Shown piece after piece: positions 27,019 to 37,824 of a stretch of DNA of 64,000 bases. Position 1 is the stretch's first letter. Every line of letters begins with the position of its first letter. A program made the position numbers and the translations under genes. This stretch comes from a bacterium (GTDB taxonomy: Bacteria > UBA8248). Below the pieces are notes generated by a model, which saw only the letters and a list, made by a program, of their open reading frames with translations, made no database searches and was not told the origin of the DNA. The DNA is taken from contig OZ242260.1 in the NCBI GenBank assembly GCA_965207065.1, forward strand, positions 960,001 to 1,024,000. The letters run 5' to 3'.

Positions 27019-29349
27019 CTAACCTACTTCGACGCCTTCCTTGTGAATAGCCATGGCGACGCTTTCGGGCGTGATAGGCAACTTGGTGAACCGATGACCG
27101 ACGGCATCCCGCACAGCATTGGAGATCGCGGCCAAAGTGGGCACCAAAGAACTCTCTCCCACGCCCTTGGCGCCATAGGGTCCTGTTGCATTGGCCGCTT
27201 CTACGATAATGGTGGTGAACTCGGGCGTATCCATTGAGACAGGAATCTCGTAACGCGCCAGATCCGGCGTAAGTACACGGCCATCATGCACGTCAATCTC
27301 CTCGATCAAGGCTTGCCCAAGCCCCATTTCGATACCCCCTTCTATCTGCCCAGTCACTCCTTGGGGGTTGATGGCCCGTCCCACATCATGGGCCGCAACC
27401 ATTCGCTTCACCCAAACCTCTCCCGTACTCGGGTCAACCGCTACGTCAGCCACTTGTACGCCATAGCTGTACACCATGAACGGCTCGCCTTCCCCGGTTT
27501 CGGGGTTAAACGTCAAGGGGCCAGTACTGAACCAGCCCTGGCCGGTAATCTGCTTGCCTACCAGAAGCGCCTGTGAGACCACCTCACCAAACGAGATTGA
27601 ACGCTCAGGCGCGCTTTTAATGAAAACCCTCCCATTCTTGAAGGCTATGTCTTCGGTCGGCCCTTCGAGCATTTCCGCCGCAACAGGGGCCAAGATTCCC
27701 CGAACCTCCGCGATGGCCTCGCATATCGCATTACCGGGGATCGTTGTGGAACGCGAGCCCGCCGTAAAACCACTCTCAGGAACCGCATCCGTATCCACCT
27801 GCATGATGCGCACGTCCTCAAAGCGCACGCCCATCGCTTCCGCCGCTATCTGGGCGAGTACCGTATGTGAACCCTGCCCGAGTTCGATGATCCCAACGCC
27901 CACCTGAACTTTTCCGTCATCGGTGACATGAACTTGGGCACCACAGGAATCCGAGGGCGATGCGGCACCCGTGGAATACCAAAACCCCGCCATACCACGG
28001 CCATACAACAGACCATCGCCGTTCGCGTTTTCTCGCGGGTGCGGACCGAGTGCATTTTCCGCTTCATCGAGACAATCCATATATCCTACACTCTGGTCCA
28101 AAACTTGGCGGGTTGCAGTGGAAGAACCGATCTTATAGCCGTTCAAACGCCTCAGTTCGAAAGGATCCATTCCTAGCGAGAGGGCCAACTCGTCCATCTG
28201 ACTTTCAATCGCGAAGTGCACCTGAGGAACACCCAAACCGCGCATGGCGCAGGTATTGATGTTGTTCGTTAGCACGAGGTAGCCATCGGCCCAGACATTG
28301 TCGCATTCATAAGCACCGGAGGAATGGATGATGAGCTTTTTGATGATGCCGGGTCCTACCGCGGCGTACGGACCTTTGTTGAGATAGATCTGGATGCGCA
28401 TGGCGGTGATTTTGCCATCTTTTTTGGCGCCGATTTTATGTTGGATCACTGCGGGCACCCGTTTCGCCTTGCCACCCAGAGATTCTTCCCTCGTGTAGTT
28501 GTAGATGGCAGGACGGCCTGTTTTGAGCGCTACCAAGCCTGCTCGCATCGCGATCTCGATGGAGGTTTCCTCTTTTCCGCCGAAACCGCCACCCGGTGGA
28601 GTGGAGATGAACTGAATTTCATTTTGTCCCAAGCCCAGCACCGGAGCGATGACTCGCCTCACCATATGCGGACACTGGGTGGGCCCGGTACAAGTAATGG
28701 AGCCATCTGGATTGGGAACCACATAACCCGCATCTGGTTCAAGATAAGCGTGATCGATGAACTGGGTTTCGTACGTATCTTCCAGAATTACGTCCGCCTC
28801 GGCGAAACCCTTTTCGACATCTCCTTTTCGAATTTTCAAGTGGGTGAGCACATTGCCTTTGGCCACCGGATGGTCCGGCTGAACAATAGGGGCATCATCA
28901 TTCAAGGCGTCCTGTGTTTCAAAGACAGCCGGAAGCGCTTTGGTTTTGATTTTCACCAACCCGGCCGCGTACTCCGCCTGCTCCAACGTGTCCGCCGCCA
29001 CGATGGCCACGACATCTTGAAGTGAATAAATACGTTTTTCCACCAAAGCCGGCTGATCGGGAATCAACATTCCGTAGAGCTTCTGCCCAGGTATGTCCTT
29101 TGCGGTCAGGACGCAGGCGACGCCCGGCGCATTTCCCGCCTTGGTCGTGTCGACTCGATCCAGTGTTCCGCAAGCGATAGGAGCCGTCACCGGAACAACA
29201 TACAACGGATTGATCAGTTTGTGGTCTGCTGAGAATAAGGGCGAACCATCCGCTTTGGGCGGACCATCGACCCGGGGCATATCGGCGCCGATGAGATCCC
29301 CATCATCTTCAGGTCCACCGAACAACTCTTGGTAAAAACGTTCTGACAT
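27019..29349 (-). CDS. Xanthine dehydrogenase family molybdopterin-binding subunit
   Basis: Motifs HAYLEP, TQCPH, GGGFGGK, AMRGLG, GQGS, GQIEGG and AKGVGE. Confidence 0.92.
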   Translation of the reverse strand: MSERFYQELFGGPEDDGDLIGADMPRVDGPPKADGSPLFSADHKLINPLYVVPVTAPIACGTLDRVDTTKAGNAPGVACVLTAKDIPGQKLYGMLIPDQPALVEKRIYSLQDVVAIVAADTLEQAEYAAGLVKIKTKALPAVFETQDALNDDAPIVQPDHPVAKGNVLTHLKIRKGDVEKGFAEADVILEDTYETQFIDHAYLEPDAGYVVPNPDGSITCTGPTQCPHMVRRVIAPVLGLGQNEIQFISTPPGGGFGGKEETSIEIAMRAGLVALKTGRPAIYNYTREESLGGKAKRVPAVIQHKIGAKKDGKITAMRIQIYLNKGPYAAVGPGIIKKLIIHSSGAYECDNVWADGYLVLTNNINTCAMRGLGVPQVHFAIESQMDELALSLGMDPFELRRLNGYKIGSSTATRQVLDQSVGYMDCLDEAENALGPHPRENANGDGLLYGRGMAGFWYSTGAASPSDSCGAQVHVTDDGKVQVGVGIIELGQGSHTVLAQIAAEAMGVRFEDVRIMQVDTDAVPESGFTAGSRSTTIPGNAICEAIAEVRGILAPVAAEMLEGPTEDIAFKNGRVFIKSAPERSISFGEVVSQALLVGKQITGQGWFSTGPLTFNPETGEGEPFMVYSYGVQVADVAVDPSTGEVWVKRMVAAHDVGRAINPQGVTGQIEGGIEMGLGQALIEEIDVHDGRVLTPDLARYEIPVSMDTPEFTTIIVEAANATGPYGAKGVGESSLVPTLAAISNAVRDAVGHRFTKLPITPESVAMAIHKEGVEVG

Positions 29350-29433
29350 TACAAACCTCCGTTCTTGAAAAACCTATATTTTTGATATGATGGAATCGAT
29401 TTGAATGACTGCAAAGAAACAGCTGCCAATCGC

Positions 29434-30351
29434 TCAATCTGACTCCGGCCCATTGGGTTTTCTCCGGAGCAAGCGCTCTATCTCATCTGCTACCTCGGCA
29501 CCAGGAGGCAATTTTCCCTCCTCATCCTCGGGTTCTCCTTCGAACGCATCTTCAAAATCCACACCTGGGACTTCATCGGGGATCTGGCCTTTTTGAATAT
29601 CCTCAACATACTTGGCTATGCGAGGATCTCTAGCGATGATTCGCTCCACCTGCCCATCAAATTGATTGATCGCGAGATCAAAATCATCCAAGGAAATGTC
29701 AAAATCACCCAAGATGCTCAATTTCTCCAAAAGAGCGCATGTTGCTTTCGGGTTGGATATAGATGCAATGTAATGCGGCACATTCGCCCACAAGCTTATT
29801 GCCGGAAAACCCTCATCCTGCATGAGAGTATGAATGACGCCTATTATTCCGGTAGGCCCCTCATAGCGCGTTATTTCCACGCCAGAGGGTTCTACCAATG
29901 ACGAATCGGTGGCAATCGCCATCAAGCGACTGGGCTGGGTATGCAAGTCTCCCGCGAGCAAAGCTCCCAACGTCACAATCATGCGCGCATCGTAGCGGCT
30001 GCCAATCGCCAGAACATCACGACTAAAATGTTTCCATTTCAAATGGGGTTCGGTGCCGATTCCGATAATGAGATCTCTTGCAAGGCCCGGCGTTTGACAA
30101 TAAAAAAATTCGTTCAGCGGCCAAGTAATCTGCCGCTCACCGGATTCACCGAGCTTAACTGTTGGCCTCTGATCCGCGAATTGGAAAAAATCATCCGGCT
30201 GGATTTGCGCTACACGTTTCCCTTGGAAATGTTGAATCAAATAGCGTGCCGCCGCCGTTGCGGACTCAGCCGCATCGTTCCATCCAGAGAATGCCATAAC
30301 AAACAAAGGATCGTTGGCGTCCTCCACCCCATGGAAAAAAGTGACGCCCAT
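29434..30351 (-). CDS. PAC2 family (proteasome assembly chaperone-like) protein
   Basis: AFSGWNDAAESAT, RP, GTEPHLKW, YEGPTGIIG, WANVPHY, NPKA and an acidic C-tail. Confidence 0.85.
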   Translation of the reverse strand: MGVTFFHGVEDANDPLFVMAFSGWNDAAESATAAARYLIQHFQGKRVAQIQPDDFFQFADQRPTVKLGESGERQITWPLNEFFYCQTPGLARDLIIGIGTEPHLKWKHFSRDVLAIGSRYDARMIVTLGALLAGDLHTQPSRLMAIATDSSLVEPSGVEITRYEGPTGIIGVIHTLMQDEGFPAISLWANVPHYIASISNPKATCALLEKLSILGDFDISLDDFDLAINQFDGQVERIIARDPRIAKYVEDIQKGQIPDEVPGVDFEDAFEGEPEDEEGKLPPGAEVADEIERLLRRKPNGPESD

Positions 30352-30469
30352 ATTCAAAACCTCCATTCTCATGTCGTATGTCTAAATTTTTCCATATTTC
30401 ACAGGGAGAACATATCCGCCTATATCACTTGTTTAAAGCAAATTCCTCTTCCCATAATCGTTTCTTCTA

Positions 30470-31675
30470 TCAGGCCTCTTTGGGAAAATTCCCGCTCTCT
30501 GGCGGATAGGTGAACAAATTGCTCCTGTGCTCTCCCAACCCGGGTGTTTCCCAAGAGGGAACTCCACCAGGAGAAGGCATCTCGCCTTTCGCCACATCCT
30601 TTTGCAGTCTTCGCCACTCGTTTTGGAAATCCTGTGAATGGCCCCTGAAATGCGGCATCACGTATCGCGCGAACAATTCAAGCGAGTCTCTTATTTTCTG
30701 ATCACCCACCCATTCCTGCGTCGTGAGCATGAGGCCTCCGAATCCACCTGTTTCCTCCTGTATTTTCTCGATTGTCTCAATCGCGTCTTCCGGAGTGCCA
30801 ACTATCCAGTATCTTTGCTCTGCGGCTGTTTTCGGAGTGATTTCAGCGCGCGGCTGGTCTGGATACGCCTCATAAGCAGGCTTCAAACCGATATCCATAA
30901 AGTAATTCATATCGCGCAGGGCATATTTTTCGATATCGGCCCAGGCTTTCTCGCGGCTTTCGGCGAGATGCACGTACGTGGTGATTCTCCAGTTTTCACG
31001 CGACACACGCGTACCGTATTTTCTGGCGCATTCCTCCATATAGGGCCATTGCTCGGAGAGTGAGAGGTTTTCCATGATTTTCTTGCCGCCGAAAGAGAGC
31101 AAAATCATTTCGTATCGAGCGGCCATATCGATTGCCCCGCGGCTCCCCGCCGATGCGATGGCAAACGGCATTCTGGGCTTTTGGTAGGAGCGCACCTGGA
31201 GACACACATTTCTCAACTTCCAGAACCGTCCCTCATAATCGAATGGCTCGGGCGATTCCAGGAGTTTGACCATAATATCCACCGATTCGTTCAGCATCGG
31301 ACGCAGATCGCCCGGTGGAATGTCAAACAACTTGATGTCACTCACCAAATTGCTCGGACCCACACCAAAAATGACGCGTCCTCTTGTGAGTTGGTCCAGA
31401 AACGCCATTCGCTCCGCCAAATGAAACGGATGATGAAAAGGAACGCTGATCACGGAAGTACCCAACCGAATTCGCTTCGCCTTGGCCGCAGCCATGGCGA
31501 GAGCCATCTCGGGCGCCGGAATCGTTTCCCAACCACCCGAATGGTGCTCACCGATATAGAATTCATCAAAATCCAGTTCATCGGCATATTCGATAAGTGA
31601 AATATCACGCTGATAGGCAAGTGATGGATTTTCAGAAGGGTGGTGAATCGGCATCATGAAAAAGGAAAATTTCAA
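30470..31675 (-). CDS. Luciferase-like (LLM) flavin-dependent monooxygenase
   Basis: Motifs FMMPIH, GEHHSGGWE, IRLGTSV, HHPF and LDQLTRGR. Confidence 0.88.
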   Translation of the reverse strand: MKFSFFMMPIHHPSENPSLAYQRDISLIEYADELDFDEFYIGEHHSGGWETIPAPEMALAMAAAKAKRIRLGTSVISVPFHHPFHLAERMAFLDQLTRGRVIFGVGPSNLVSDIKLFDIPPGDLRPMLNESVDIMVKLLESPEPFDYEGRFWKLRNVCLQVRSYQKPRMPFAIASAGSRGAIDMAARYEMILLSFGGKKIMENLSLSEQWPYMEECARKYGTRVSRENWRITTYVHLAESREKAWADIEKYALRDMNYFMDIGLKPAYEAYPDQPRAEITPKTAAEQRYWIVGTPEDAIETIEKIQEETGGFGGLMLTTQEWVGDQKIRDSLELFARYVMPHFRGHSQDFQNEWRRLQKDVAKGEMPSPGGVPSWETPGLGEHRSNLFTYPPESGNFPKEA

Positions 31676-31868
31676 GGCGAGTTCCCCCCCATTGAAGTGC
31701 AAACAGAAAATCAGGAATCCATCAGGTCATACTATCTTATTTATGAATTTCCAGCATCCCACTATCTAGACCAAACTTTCTTGCACTTGTCATCGTCTTC
31801 TAATTACTCCATTATCCCCGCGCTTTAGGCGTATTCATGGATGTTGCGAAATTAGATACGAGGACGAA

Positions 31869-33674
31869 ATGGCTATCATGGAACGAACCGATCTGAGAAA
31901 TCTCGCCATCATCGCTCATGTCGATCATGGCAAAACCACCCTGGTGGATTCCATGCTCTGGCAAAGCGGTATCTTCCGCGAAGGGCAAGACGTGGCCGAG
32001 CGTGTTCTTGATTCGATGGATCTCGAGCGGGAGAAGGGAATCACCATCATGGCGAAAAACTGCGCCATTGATTTCAAGGGAATACGCTACAACATCGTGG
32101 ACACGCCGGGCCATGCGGATTTCGGCGGCGAGGTGGAGCGCGTTCTATCCATGGTGGATGGTGTGATGCTTTTGGTAGACGCTTCGGAAGGCCCTCTGCC
32201 GCAAACGCGGTTCGTGGTCACCAAAGCCCTGGAGCGAAAGCTCCCCTTCGTCGTGGTCATCAATAAAATCGACCGCCCGGACGCAAGACCAGAACAAGTT
32301 CTTGACGAAATTTATGATCTGTTCATTGATCTGGATGCCGGAGAAACCCAGCTAGATTTTCCCGTACTCTACGCCATCGCCCGAGAGGGCAAGGCCGGCT
32401 TCGAGCCCGATACTCTCTCTCCCACATTGGAATCCTTGTTCAATACACTTCAGGACACGATACCACCACCCACATACGACGCTGACAAACCACTTCAGAT
32501 GCTCGTCTCCCGCCTCGAATACGACAATTATGTGGGCCGTCTTTCCATAGGCCGAATTTGGAATGGGCAACTCAATACAAAGACACAAACCTTGGTTTTA
32601 GGGACAAATGGGAACCAGGTTAAAGGGGAGATCGCCTCTTTGTTCGGCTATGAAGGACTGAGCCGCTACAAGATAGAAGAAGCGCATGGAGGCGATATCG
32701 TGGCCGTGGCCGGCTTGGAGCACGTTGAAATTGGAGACACCATTGCGGATGCAGACAACCCGGTTGCGTTGCCCGCCATTACCGTAGATGAGCCCACCAT
32801 CGCCATGAATTTCAAGATTAACGATACTCCTCTGGCGGGTCGTAGCGGTAAATACCTCACCTCGCGCCAGATCAGAGAAAGGCTCTTGAGGGAAGCCAGA
32901 AACAATGTGGCCATCAAAGTCGAGGAAACCAGTTCTGCGGATGCCTTGCGCGTGTCCGGACGCGGTTCTTTGCAACTCGCCGTACTGATCGAGCAACTCA
33001 GGCGCGAGAAATACGAACTCACCGTCGGCCGACCCGAAGTCATTACGCGCAAACAAGACGGTAAAATCATGGAGCCTATGGAAAACGTGGTGGTGGATAT
33101 ACCGGAAGAATTCATCGGGGCCATCACACAGAGCTTAGGCGCACGTAAGGGAAAAATGACCAAAATGATCAACCATGGCAAAGGACGTGCGCGGCTCGAG
33201 TTTTTCATTCCCAGTCGGGGTCTCATCGGATATCGTAACGATTTCCTCACCCAGACACGGGGAACGGGAATTCTCACCCATATTTTCGCCGGATGGAGTG
33301 AATGGGCGGGCGATCTTCCGGGCAGATCGACGGGCGCCTTGATATCAGACCGCGCGGGCAAAACCACATCATACGCGGTGGAAAACATCCAAGAGCGCGG
33401 AACCCTCTTCGTCGCGCCGACGGAAGAAGTCTATGCAGGAATGATCATCGGAGAGAACAGCCGAGACCAGGACATGTTCGTGAACATTTCGAAAGAGAAG
33501 AAACTCACCAACATTCGGGCCGCTCATGCCGACATATCCGCTCAACTCATACCGCCCAAGCGATTCAGCCTGGAAGAAGCGCTCGAATTTCTGCGCGAAG
33601 GCGAATGCCTGGAAGTAACCCCTGATATCTTCCGGTTGCGCAAAACGGAACTAAAGGCCAGAAAACACGCCTAA
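31869..33674 (+). CDS. typA: Translational GTPase TypA/BipA
   Basis: Motifs [34 protein letters not shown] and KKLTNIRA. Confidence 0.96.
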   Translation: MAIMERTDLRNLAIIAHVDHGKTTLVDSMLWQSGIFREGQDVAERVLDSMDLEREKGITIMAKNCAIDFKGIRYNIVDTPGHADFGGEVERVLSMVDGVMLLVDASEGPLPQTRFVVTKALERKLPFVVVINKIDRPDARPEQVLDEIYDLFIDLDAGETQLDFPVLYAIAREGKAGFEPDTLSPTLESLFNTLQDTIPPPTYDADKPLQMLVSRLEYDNYVGRLSIGRIWNGQLNTKTQTLVLGTNGNQVKGEIASLFGYEGLSRYKIEEAHGGDIVAVAGLEHVEIGDTIADADNPVALPAITVDEPTIAMNFKINDTPLAGRSGKYLTSRQIRERLLREARNNVAIKVEETSSADALRVSGRGSLQLAVLIEQLRREKYELTVGRPEVITRKQDGKIMEPMENVVVDIPEEFIGAITQSLGARKGKMTKMINHGKGRARLEFFIPSRGLIGYRNDFLTQTRGTGILTHIFAGWSEWAGDLPGRSTGALISDRAGKTTSYAVENIQERGTLFVAPTEEVYAGMIIGENSRDQDMFVNISKEKKLTNIRAAHADISAQLIPPKRFSLEEALEFLREGECLEVTPDIFRLRKTELKARKHA

Positions 33675-33678
33675 CGTT

Positions 33679-34176
33679 CTAGCCATCCAGAACCTTGTTC
33701 CACTCTGCAATCCTGTCTTTTTGCGCTGCAAGCAACTCGGAGGTGTCACCCTCGATCTCTATACTCTCGATTCCATCTCCCTGCTCAATCGCATCCACCA
33801 CATCCTGACCGGAAGTGACACGTCCAAAAACGGTATGATTGCCATCAAGCCAGGCGGTGGGCACATGGGTGATGAAAAACTGAGAACCGTTCGTACCCGG
33901 ACCTGCGTTCGCCATAGATAGAATACCGGGACCGTCATGGGGAAGATCGGGGGAGCACTCATCCTCGAACTGATAGCCGGGTCCACCCGTTCCAGCGCCC
34001 AATGGACAGCCTCCCTGAATCATGAAATCAGGGATCACACGGTGAAAATTAAGGCCATCATAAAAACCCCGCCTGGCGAGATTCACAAAGCTGGCCACCG
34101 TCACCGGGGTTTTGTCTTCATGCAAATCAAGCCGTATCTCACCCCGGCTCGTCGTTATTACTGCGGAAAGCGCCAT
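33679..34176 (-). CDS. Cyclophilin-type peptidylprolyl isomerase
   Basis: Motifs [28 protein letters not shown] and HTVFG. Confidence 0.95.
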   Translation of the reverse strand: MALSAVITTSRGEIRLDLHEDKTPVTVASFVNLARRGFYDGLNFHRVIPDFMIQGGCPLGAGTGGPGYQFEDECSPDLPHDGPGILSMANAGPGTNGSQFFITHVPTAWLDGNHTVFGRVTSGQDVVDAIEQGDGIESIEIEGDTSELLAAQKDRIAEWNKVLDG

Positions 34177-34265
34177 GAATTACTCCTTTGGAATATGAGT
34201 GAGCAAAGCTGAACCTCAAAGTCGACGGCGAAGCGTAGCAGAACCATCAAATCGGGTCTAAGGCT

Positions 34266-35276
34266 TTATAAAAATTTCAGCTCGAAAACCTCGGCCAAAA
34301 GCTCATAGGATTTCACCCTGGCCTCGAAGCTGTGCATCACGTTCACGATGACGAATTCCTCGACTTTGTGATCGGAAGCCAGGGTCTCGAGCCTATTCTT
34401 GACCTGCTCCGGATCTCCAGCGATGGTTCTGCTGTTGATATCCTCAGCGAAGGCGCGCTCCATGTTCGTCCACGGATAGGCGAGCGCCTCCTCGGGTGTG
34501 GGCACACCGCCTCCCTCTCCTCGGCGGCTTCTGAGCATTACCAGAGGCCTGCTGGCCGCATGGTAGAGCGCTTCGTCTTCGGTGGGCGCGCAAATCACAA
34601 ATACAGCGAGACTTCCCACAGGCTCTTTGCATTTGGCTGATGGGCGAAAATCTTTCCGGTACATATCCATCACCTGAACGCTGCCGTATGTGTTAATGAA
34701 ATGCGCGAAAGAAAATGCGCAACCAAAATGAGCGGCGAGAATCGCGCTTTGGTCCGATGTCCCCAGGAGCCACATTTCGGGCGCCGTCTTTCCAGTGGGC
34801 ATTGCGCTTATTCGGACGAAGGGGTGATCCTCCGGTAATGACCCTTCAACCCAACCCCGAAGGTCCGAGACCTTCTGCGGGAAATCGTCGTAACGAAAAC
34901 CACTTTGCTCAGGCGCCAAAGCGGCAGACGTGAGCCTGTCGGCTCCGGGGGCGCGGCCCAAGCCCAAATCGATGCGGCCCGGGTAGAGGGTTTCCAGCAC
35001 CCGGAACGATTCGGCCACTTTGAGCGCGCTGTAGTGACTGAGCATGACCCCGCCCGATCCCACGCGAATCGTCTCCGTCGTCGCGGCGATCTGGCCGATC
35101 AAAACTTCGGGCGACGTGCCCGCGAAAGCCCCGTGGCTGTGATGTTCCGCCAGCCAGTAACGATGATAGCCCAATCGCTCAGCGGCTTGCGCCAACTGGA
35201 CGGTCTCACTGATGGCGTCCGCCGCTGTTCCCCCCGAACGGATGGGAGATTGATCCAAAACACTTAAACGAATCAT
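34266..35276 (-). CDS. Luciferase-like (LLM) oxidoreductase, YhbW-like
   Basis: Motifs LSVLDQSP, WLAEHH, GSGGVML and RIDLGLGRAPG. Confidence 0.9.
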   Translation of the reverse strand: MIRLSVLDQSPIRSGGTAADAISETVQLAQAAERLGYHRYWLAEHHSHGAFAGTSPEVLIGQIAATTETIRVGSGGVMLSHYSALKVAESFRVLETLYPGRIDLGLGRAPGADRLTSAALAPEQSGFRYDDFPQKVSDLRGWVEGSLPEDHPFVRISAMPTGKTAPEMWLLGTSDQSAILAAHFGCAFSFAHFINTYGSVQVMDMYRKDFRPSAKCKEPVGSLAVFVICAPTEDEALYHAASRPLVMLRSRRGEGGGVPTPEEALAYPWTNMERAFAEDINSRTIAGDPEQVKNRLETLASDHKVEEFVIVNVMHSFEARVKSYELLAEVFELKFL

Positions 35277-35316
35277 CTATTCGAGAACCACTTGAAAGGA
35301 GAATTTGGGGGATATT

Positions 35317-35964
35317 TTATTTTTGAATCGGTTTTACCTGAATATATTCTTCAAGATGAATCACACCCTTTGTTCCGCGAATGATCTGCAGAACCAAGGT
35401 TTTTTCGAATTCCGTTCTCGCCCGGCCGATGATATAAACCTTGTTTCGCACGGACTGCCAGCGGTAATTCACGGAATTTACTCCCTGTGTCGCTAATAAC
35501 TGGCCCTTGAGCTTCGCTTCTATCCACGCATCGCTGGCGATTCGGCTGACCTTGACGATATCGCGTTCCACGGCTGGTTGCGTCTTCGCCACCTCGCGAT
35601 TACGCTTCACCTCGGCCGGAGAACCCAGAAGGATATGATCGTAAACGGCTTTTATTCTGGAATCGCCACGCAAAATACTCAAAACAGCCTCTCGTTTTTT
35701 CTCTGAATCCACTAAGCCGGTCAGCAACACCCTTCCTTCCCACACGTCCGTATTCACATCGACAGGCAAACCACTATCCACACGCAGATACTCTTGCAAT
35801 AAATTCGCATGTATTTTCGCATCTTCCAACTGCCGGTCTAGGGAGCGGTCCTCAAAGGCGCTCTTTATTCCTTTTTGAGCGAAAATAATCGCTCCGGGCA
35901 CACATCCATTCACCCATAAAGGCAGAAAAGCGATGATGAAGATGAACCTGGTGAATTTACTCAC
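35317..35964 (-). CDS. Dual BON-domain lipoprotein
   Basis: Lipobox VNGC, EDRS...ED, GRVLLTG, and a second BON SDAWIEAKLK...GV. Confidence 0.8.
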   Translation of the reverse strand: MSKFTRFIFIIAFLPLWVNGCVPGAIIFAQKGIKSAFEDRSLDRQLEDAKIHANLLQEYLRVDSGLPVDVNTDVWEGRVLLTGLVDSEKKREAVLSILRGDSRIKAVYDHILLGSPAEVKRNREVAKTQPAVERDIVKVSRIASDAWIEAKLKGQLLATQGVNSVNYRWQSVRNKVYIIGRARTEFEKTLVLQIIRGTKGVIHLEEYIQVKPIQK

Positions 35965-36195
35965 GAGTTCCCCTGGAAGGCGAAGTGGAACAAAACACTC
36001 CCTATTTTGCCTTTTGACTGGTGAGGAGGCAACTGTAACTATAATGAATACCTCGTAACGATCTTATGTCTTAATCGACGATGTTCCGCTGTTTCGATTG
36101 CAATGCCCTTTGAGAAAACGCATCATGTGTCCATTCATGAATCAATCGCCACACTATCCAATGTTCATAAGGCACTTCTTCGCTCAGGAGAAAAA

Positions 36196-36396
36196 ATGTC
36201 AATTTCAGATGATTCGCTAAAATCTCGATGTGACGATGTATTTGGAGACCCCCTCGACTCCGATCGACGCGCCGTCATCATCGCCACAATAGAAAATATG
36301 GAGAAAGGGCATCCACGATTACGGGAGCAACTTTCTCCAAAAACAGAACCTGGCGGACACGCCAGATTCCTGGGCTCCCTTGCGAGGGAGAAATAA
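36196..36396 (+). CDS. 66-aa protein immediately upstream of the amidase (possible accessory subunit)
   Basis: RBS CAGGAG before ATG 36196. The stop is 1 nt before the amidase TTG. Confidence 0.6.
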   Translation: MSISDDSLKSRCDDVFGDPLDSDRRAVIIATIENMEKGHPRLREQLSPKTEPGGHARFLGSLAREK

Positions 36397-36397
36397 A

Positions 36398-37810
36398 TTG
36401 ACGAACGACCTCACGAAACTTACCGCTGCGGAAATCGTCGCACAAATCAAAGAAAAGAGTATCAGCGCCGTCGAAGTCACCGAGGTGCATCTGGAACGCT
36501 CGGAGAAAATCGGGGCGGCTCTGAATTCCTGGATCAAGCTCGATCCAGAGGGCGCACTGAAGACGGCGCGGGATGTGGACGCCGCCATCGCCCGAGGCGA
36601 GGACCCGGGGTCCATGGCCGGTGCGCCGATAGGCCTGAAAGACTTGATCGACATGGAAGGTCTGCCCACTACGGCGGGCAGCATTATCGACAAAGATAAA
36701 ATTGCGGACGAGGATGCCCTGCTAGCCCAAAAGATACGCCAGGCCGGCGGCGTGATCCTCGGAAAACTCAACCTGCATGAATTCGCCTTCGGCCCCACCG
36801 GGCACAACCCCCATTACGGGGATCAGAAAAATCCCTGGGATTCCAAGCGAGTCACGGGCGGGTCGAGTGGCGGTTCGGGCAACAGCGTGGCGACGGGTCA
36901 GGTTTCCATCGCCATTGGTTCCGATACAGGTGGGTCTATCCGGATTCCCGCATCCTTGTGCGGGGTCATCGGACACAAACCCACGCATGGGCTTGTCACG
37001 AAATCGAACTGCGCGCCGCTATCGTGGTCGCTCGATTCTTTCGGCCCATTGGCCCGATCTGCCCAGGATTGCGCGATCATGATGTCAGCCATTGCCGGAC
37101 ACGACCCGGCTGACGCTTCATCCACCGTCGGTAATCCCCCCGATTTCATGGGCGCGCTGAATAAACCCATCGAAGAATTCCGCATCGGTCTTGCGCGTGA
37201 ATACTATGAACAACGCTCGGAACCACCGGTGGCGGAAGCGGTGAACAATCTCGCCAAGGCGATTCAGGAACTGGGGGCAGAGGTCGTCGAAATCCAAATA
37301 CCCGATGTTGAAACCGCATTTCATGCGGCTGCCGTGCTGATGGTATCCGAAGCTGCGGCCGTACATGAGAACAACATACGAAACCATGCGCAAGATTTTG
37401 ACCCAGCGGTCCTCGAGAGAATCAGACCCGGTTTTTTCATCCCCGCTACATCGTATATCCAGGCGCTTCGATTCAGGGAACAGTGGACGAAACGCATCTG
37501 CAGGGAAGTTTACGGTGAGGTAGACCTCGTTCTCTCCGCAGCCACGCCGATTCCCGCCGCTTTGCGTTCTCAATCCACCGGAACGGTTCGGGGGAAGGAA
37601 GTCGAAATTCGAACTCTCATGATTTCCTTGACGAGGCTTTGGAATTTCCTTGGCGGGCCGTCTACGGCATTTCCTTCAGGCATGAGCAAGGAGGGCCTGC
37701 CGCTTGGAGCGCAAATCATGGGCGCGCCTTTTACGGATCACCATACGCTGGCGTTTGTGCATCAACTGGAAATAAATAGTGTGGTGAAAGTCGAAAAACC
37801 ACCTCTCTAG
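36398..37810 (+). CDS. Amidase signature family enzyme
   Basis: Motifs LKDL, GKLNLHEFA, GGSSGGS and GSDTGGSIRIPA. Confidence 0.92.
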   Translation: MTNDLTKLTAAEIVAQIKEKSISAVEVTEVHLERSEKIGAALNSWIKLDPEGALKTARDVDAAIARGEDPGSMAGAPIGLKDLIDMEGLPTTAGSIIDKDKIADEDALLAQKIRQAGGVILGKLNLHEFAFGPTGHNPHYGDQKNPWDSKRVTGGSSGGSGNSVATGQVSIAIGSDTGGSIRIPASLCGVIGHKPTHGLVTKSNCAPLSWSLDSFGPLARSAQDCAIMMSAIAGHDPADASSTVGNPPDFMGALNKPIEEFRIGLAREYYEQRSEPPVAEAVNNLAKAIQELGAEVVEIQIPDVETAFHAAAVLMVSEAAAVHENNIRNHAQDFDPAVLERIRPGFFIPATSYIQALRFREQWTKRICREVYGEVDLVLSAATPIPAALRSQSTGTVRGKEVEIRTLMISLTRLWNFLGGPSTAFPSGMSKEGLPLGAQIMGAPFTDHHTLAFVHQLEINSVVKVEKPPL

Positions 37811-37824
37811 CGTGGAATGCCTGA

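Noticed and set aside
36398-37810. Calling the amidase gatA
   Set aside because: It has HEFAFG instead of DEFAMG, lacks the SNLxRxDG motif, and no gatB is adjacent.
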